A stretch of DNA of 51,181 bases from Nemertoderma westbladi (Eukaryota; Animalia; Xenacoelomorpha), in assembly GCA_032718475.1 (NCBI GenBank), contig JAUCBJ010008214.1:1-51181 (forward strand), written 5' to 3'. The notes beneath the pieces were generated by a model. That model saw only the letters and a list, made by a program, of their open reading frames with translations. It was not told where the DNA came from and did not search any database. Below, piece by piece: positions 47,373-51,181 of this stretch. Position 1 is the stretch's first letter; every line of letters starts with the position of its first letter. The position numbers and the translations under genes are program-made.

Positions 47373-48760
47373 GTAAAATTAAGAAAATTTAACCAAAACC
47401 AATAAGAATAAATCAAAGAAGAGAAGAAAGATTCCCCCCCCCCCCCCCTTGCTTCAACCGCCCTCTTAATCTGCACCACCCCCAACCCAAAGGAGCACAG
47501 AGGATTAATGAAAGGCAGATAAAACAAGCTGACTTTACCTTACGGTGATGCCGAATCAACCTTCAGAATCAGGTTGATTAAAAGTCTCAAAAAATACTAT
47601 AATTTTGTCTAGGCATTTTTTATAATATGTATGGCATTATTATAAAGAGTATTACTAATTTATTTAATACTAGTTAAGAAAAAGACACCGGAAAAAGATT
47701 TTGAAAATAACATTTTTGGAATCAGATCGTTGAAGTGCCCCAAAAATTGAAATCAATTTGGCCGTGCATTTTCTTTTATAAACCGTTGGTTCAGCCCCAC
47801 CGTGAAATCTGAGTGTCAGTTAACATTTTATCATCAGCTCAACTTAAACTTATGTTAGTTGAAAAAGTTAGTTAGCAAATAAATGTATATCTGTCGTACT
47901 CATTGCCTTCTACAGTATTTTCAAATTATCAAATTATTTAAGCAATTGTTAAGCAATTGGTCCAAAAAATTGGGCCAACTTTATGAGTATAAATAAAAGG
48001 TAATCTAAAGCAAAATAACATCTGTTCCCAACTCCGCTCACAGCACAACTCGTTGTTAAAACAGAATAATTCAACTTCCCTCTACGATTTAAATTAAATA
48101 CCACAACTATTAGAGCAGTCAACCCTACCGTCAGCAAGACACAATAACTAAAAAACCAATCAGCTGACCAGCTATTCGCATTACCTGGTAGATATTCGGT
48201 TTCATTCAATTCAGTGAGTGTGAGATGGCCATCATCTGGCGAACTCAATCTTGTGCCAGTACAACTTTGTTGATAAGCCGGCATAGCATTCTTAATACAC
48301 ACTGTGCACTGGGCTTGCCAATTGTGGATTAGCTAGTTCTCTCTTACCAGGGCACTACTGTCACAATATTAGAGAATCACCTACAGTGATTCAACCCTGT
48401 ACAATCTATACACAATGGATAAGCAATAAATATATACACAATACGCTTACTGTTTGACAATATATTAGATTGTGCAACACGTGATCTTTCTTTCTTTGGC
48501 CAGCACGCCCTATTGCTACCTCAAACTTTGCTAGGTAGCAGTCCCCTTTATTGAAGGGTGATAAATGAATTGTAGTTGAGCTGTTGACGTATAGCGCTGG
48601 TTCAACCCCCGGTGACGCGCTTTCTCATTTTTTCCATTTCTGAACAACTTATTTCAATACCATTGGAGGGTGATAATTACTGCCGTTTTACGGTTGATGG
48701 CTAATAGGGTAATATATTGGTTTCTGGGTAGCGAAGTCGAAGTGCATGTAGGAAAATCCT

Positions 48761-48809
48761 GTAACACTGAAGACGTGTGTGTGTTGATACACGAAATGGC
48801 CATATGATA
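48761..48809 (+). ncRNA. Minimal type I hammerhead ribozyme (Penelope-associated)
   Basis: CTGAAGA (48767-48773), extra C, stem II GTGTGT/ATACAC, GAAA, palindromic stem III ATGGCCAT, cleavage triplet ATA (48802-48804), stem I TAACA/TGATA with one mismatch. Confidence 0.7.
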
Positions 48810-49780
48810 AAATAAATTTGTTTTATTTAGAATCGTGGCTTACGACCCATTTAAAACCAACATAACTCGATTGTAATATGTATTCAACACGAACGACATC
48901 TTTTAAACTCGCTTCATATTTATACAAAGCGGATTATCATTCACAGAATAGGCATTAGTAGTATTTTGGGTGAATGATATAATTTTGGATGGGCACAGCT
49001 TAACAAATTCGCAAATAACGTCCAGGTGGGATCGGACTGGTAACCGCAAGGCTGGAGGTATTGCTCTTTAACTAATCCGCTTAGATAAATGTAGGTAGGA
49101 AATACTACCTCATATTTTGTAAGAGCCGCGACTTATCCAACATGGGACAGACACGCCTCTCCAAACCAAACACTCCACGCGCAACGCGCCCCGATGCCAC
49201 AACCCCAACCCTCCCAGAAACCCCCGCCTACCCAGTGACAAGGTGACTAGACGAGTACTGTTCGCCGACACCCACCAATCCCAAGGAAACGCGAACGAGC
49301 GGCACGACACCCGGCCCGTCCACAAAACAGCAACCCCCCACCACATCACCACCCCACCGATCTTCCCACCCCACTATCCCACCATACACCGACACACCCC
49401 TTGTAATTACCCACTTACATAACAATACAATACCAATTTCCAAACCACCATTACTGACATCCCAACAGACAACCCCAACCACAGACAGAACATCGATCTG
49501 CACCAATTCTGGACCTAACAGGTTCACCCCCCTAATAACCCCCCACAACCCAACTCCACAACCATTCCTAACACGTACAAAACAAAACCCCCACCCAGCA
49601 CCCCCACCTCCGCACGCCCCATGGCCACAACTCGCACTGACTCAGCCGCACCCTCTCGCAACATCCCAGCACCCTAATACAATTTGTGACACCCCTTCAA
49701 CCCGCACCCGTTCGAAAACAACTAACATACAAACCCTCAATCCTCACACCCTTCCACCTAATACGACCGGCACACCAACC

Positions 49781-51181
49781 GTGCCAACCACCACAACACC
49801 CAATATCCCACGACACTACATACCCAACCCACATCCACATCAAACACCCCCCAACCCCCCTGACCCACCACACTACCGGAATGCCCGATATATAACCCCA
49901 CATACGGACAACCCTTCTATTGAGGTCATTATTAAAGAACTACACAGTAAAATCGATGCAACGAACATCAAACGATACAATAAAACCCACCCACCCAACC
50001 TTGATTTCCAACAACAATGCGCTCTACATTCCCTACGTAAACTCAAACACGTGTCGTACCTCAAAGGAGATAAAACAGGAAACATTATCGAGCTAGACAC
50101 CGAGGATAAAAACTACGAGATACAGCGCCTCCTCAGTGACACCTCCACCTACAAATGCCTTCAGAAAGATCCCACCCCCCGCTACAGAGTAACTTACCTG
50201 TTCCCGAACACCTTAACCGTTGGACATATCTTCATCACCCTAAAAGACCATAAACCCCAGGACCAATGGATCACCCATCCTAATGGTAAAATTATCCCCA
50301 AAGGCCGACCTATCATTGCTAACACTAACGCGTTCTTTACCCCGCTATCTAAATTGATGCACCATTATCTCAGCCCGCTAGTCACCAACGCTGCCAATCA
50401 CCTCAACAGTTCCCCCCAATTAAAGACGAATCTACCGGTTGACGTCGGACCTTCAGGGTGCAGCCTCGTCGCGGTTGACGTCGTCGATATGTTCACTGCA
50501 ATCCCCCACGAAATCGGAATCCAAGCAACCATGGAAACTCTAATTGAAGATCAGACCCTACCGCACCGTTCCGTTTTTACACCCCACCAGCTTTGCCTTA
50601 TACTCCGCTTCCTTTTATATCACAATTACTTTCAATAGAACCGGAAATTTTATTTGCAAATAGCTGGAGCCCCAATGGGAGGCCCCATAGCGGAGATTAC
50701 GCGGTCCTTACAGCGTCCAAAGTGATACGCAGAGCCCTTGACATAACTCTATTCTCACACACCTTCTTCCGTACCCTAGTCGATGATAGCTTACTAATAT
50801 TACTAATAAGCATGGTGGACAGCCCATGACTTTCTTGAGACGCATCTTAAAGGACACTGGCCTTAAAGATGCAGATGATCTAGCCAATGTCATGGGTGAT
50901 AGGTAGTTGTGGCGGTGCAATTTTGTTGACAAGCCGGCACAGCATTCTTAAAAATGCAGCTGCAATGCAGCATGCCGATCCTAGTAGTAGTAGTAGTAGT
51001 AGTAGTTACTAATATATGACAAACAACTCACTAATCAACAAATCCATACCCTCACACTTAACTTAAACATAGCATGTCAACATTTGTACAACACAAATGA
51101 CCTACAATTCACCACTGAGTCATCCAACACCCATATCAACTACCTAGATATCACAATATACCGACAGAACAACAACCTACT
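49781..51181 (+). pseudogene. Penelope-like element reverse transcriptase (frameshifted, runs off the window)
   Basis: KGDKTG, LLSDTSTY..LQKDP, KDHK, GRPII, VDVVDMFTAIP, GAPMGGP, VDD and INYLDITI motifs. A C/A-rich Pro/Thr N-terminal region starts at ~49100. Confidence 0.9.
50801..51005 (+). mobile_element. 5'-truncated RTE insertion with (TAG)n tail and 10-bp TSD
   Basis: TTACTAATAT at 50791-50800 and 51006-51015. Body homologous to 31062-31265 (reverse) and 26130-26292. Confidence 0.9.

Noticed and set aside
47553-47579. Perfect 9-bp hairpin AATCAACCT/AGGTTGATT as a terminator or element end
   Set aside because: An isolated short hairpin in eukaryotic DNA with no partner end or TSD identified.

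Overview
AT-rich, repeat-dense eukaryotic DNA, most likely from an invertebrate animal. No prokaryotic operons, rRNA genes or CRISPR arrays are visible. The window is mostly nested transposable elements. There are two diverged BEL/Pao LTR retrotransposon copies (1-2277 and ~7690-15239), both carrying an unexplained extra 3' ORF. Other elements are a fragment of a putative DUF6729-type transposase with three CCHC motifs, a Crack/Daphne-like LINE split by a pogo-family DDE transposon, RTEX-like, RTE and CR1 LINEs, a tRNA-derived SINE, Helitron/Helentron-like elements, palindromic MITEs with a nested piggyBac-like element, and a Penelope-like element preceded by a minimal hammerhead ribozyme. The non-TE content is a 616-aa zf-MYND protein with a probable SAM-binding-like domain, present twice in a near-identical tandem duplication (25723-33712 / 33713-40132), plus a probable first coding exon of a secreted protein (3468-3572, minus strand). 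Family names were recognised from motifs by eye, not by database search, and many element boundaries are approximate.
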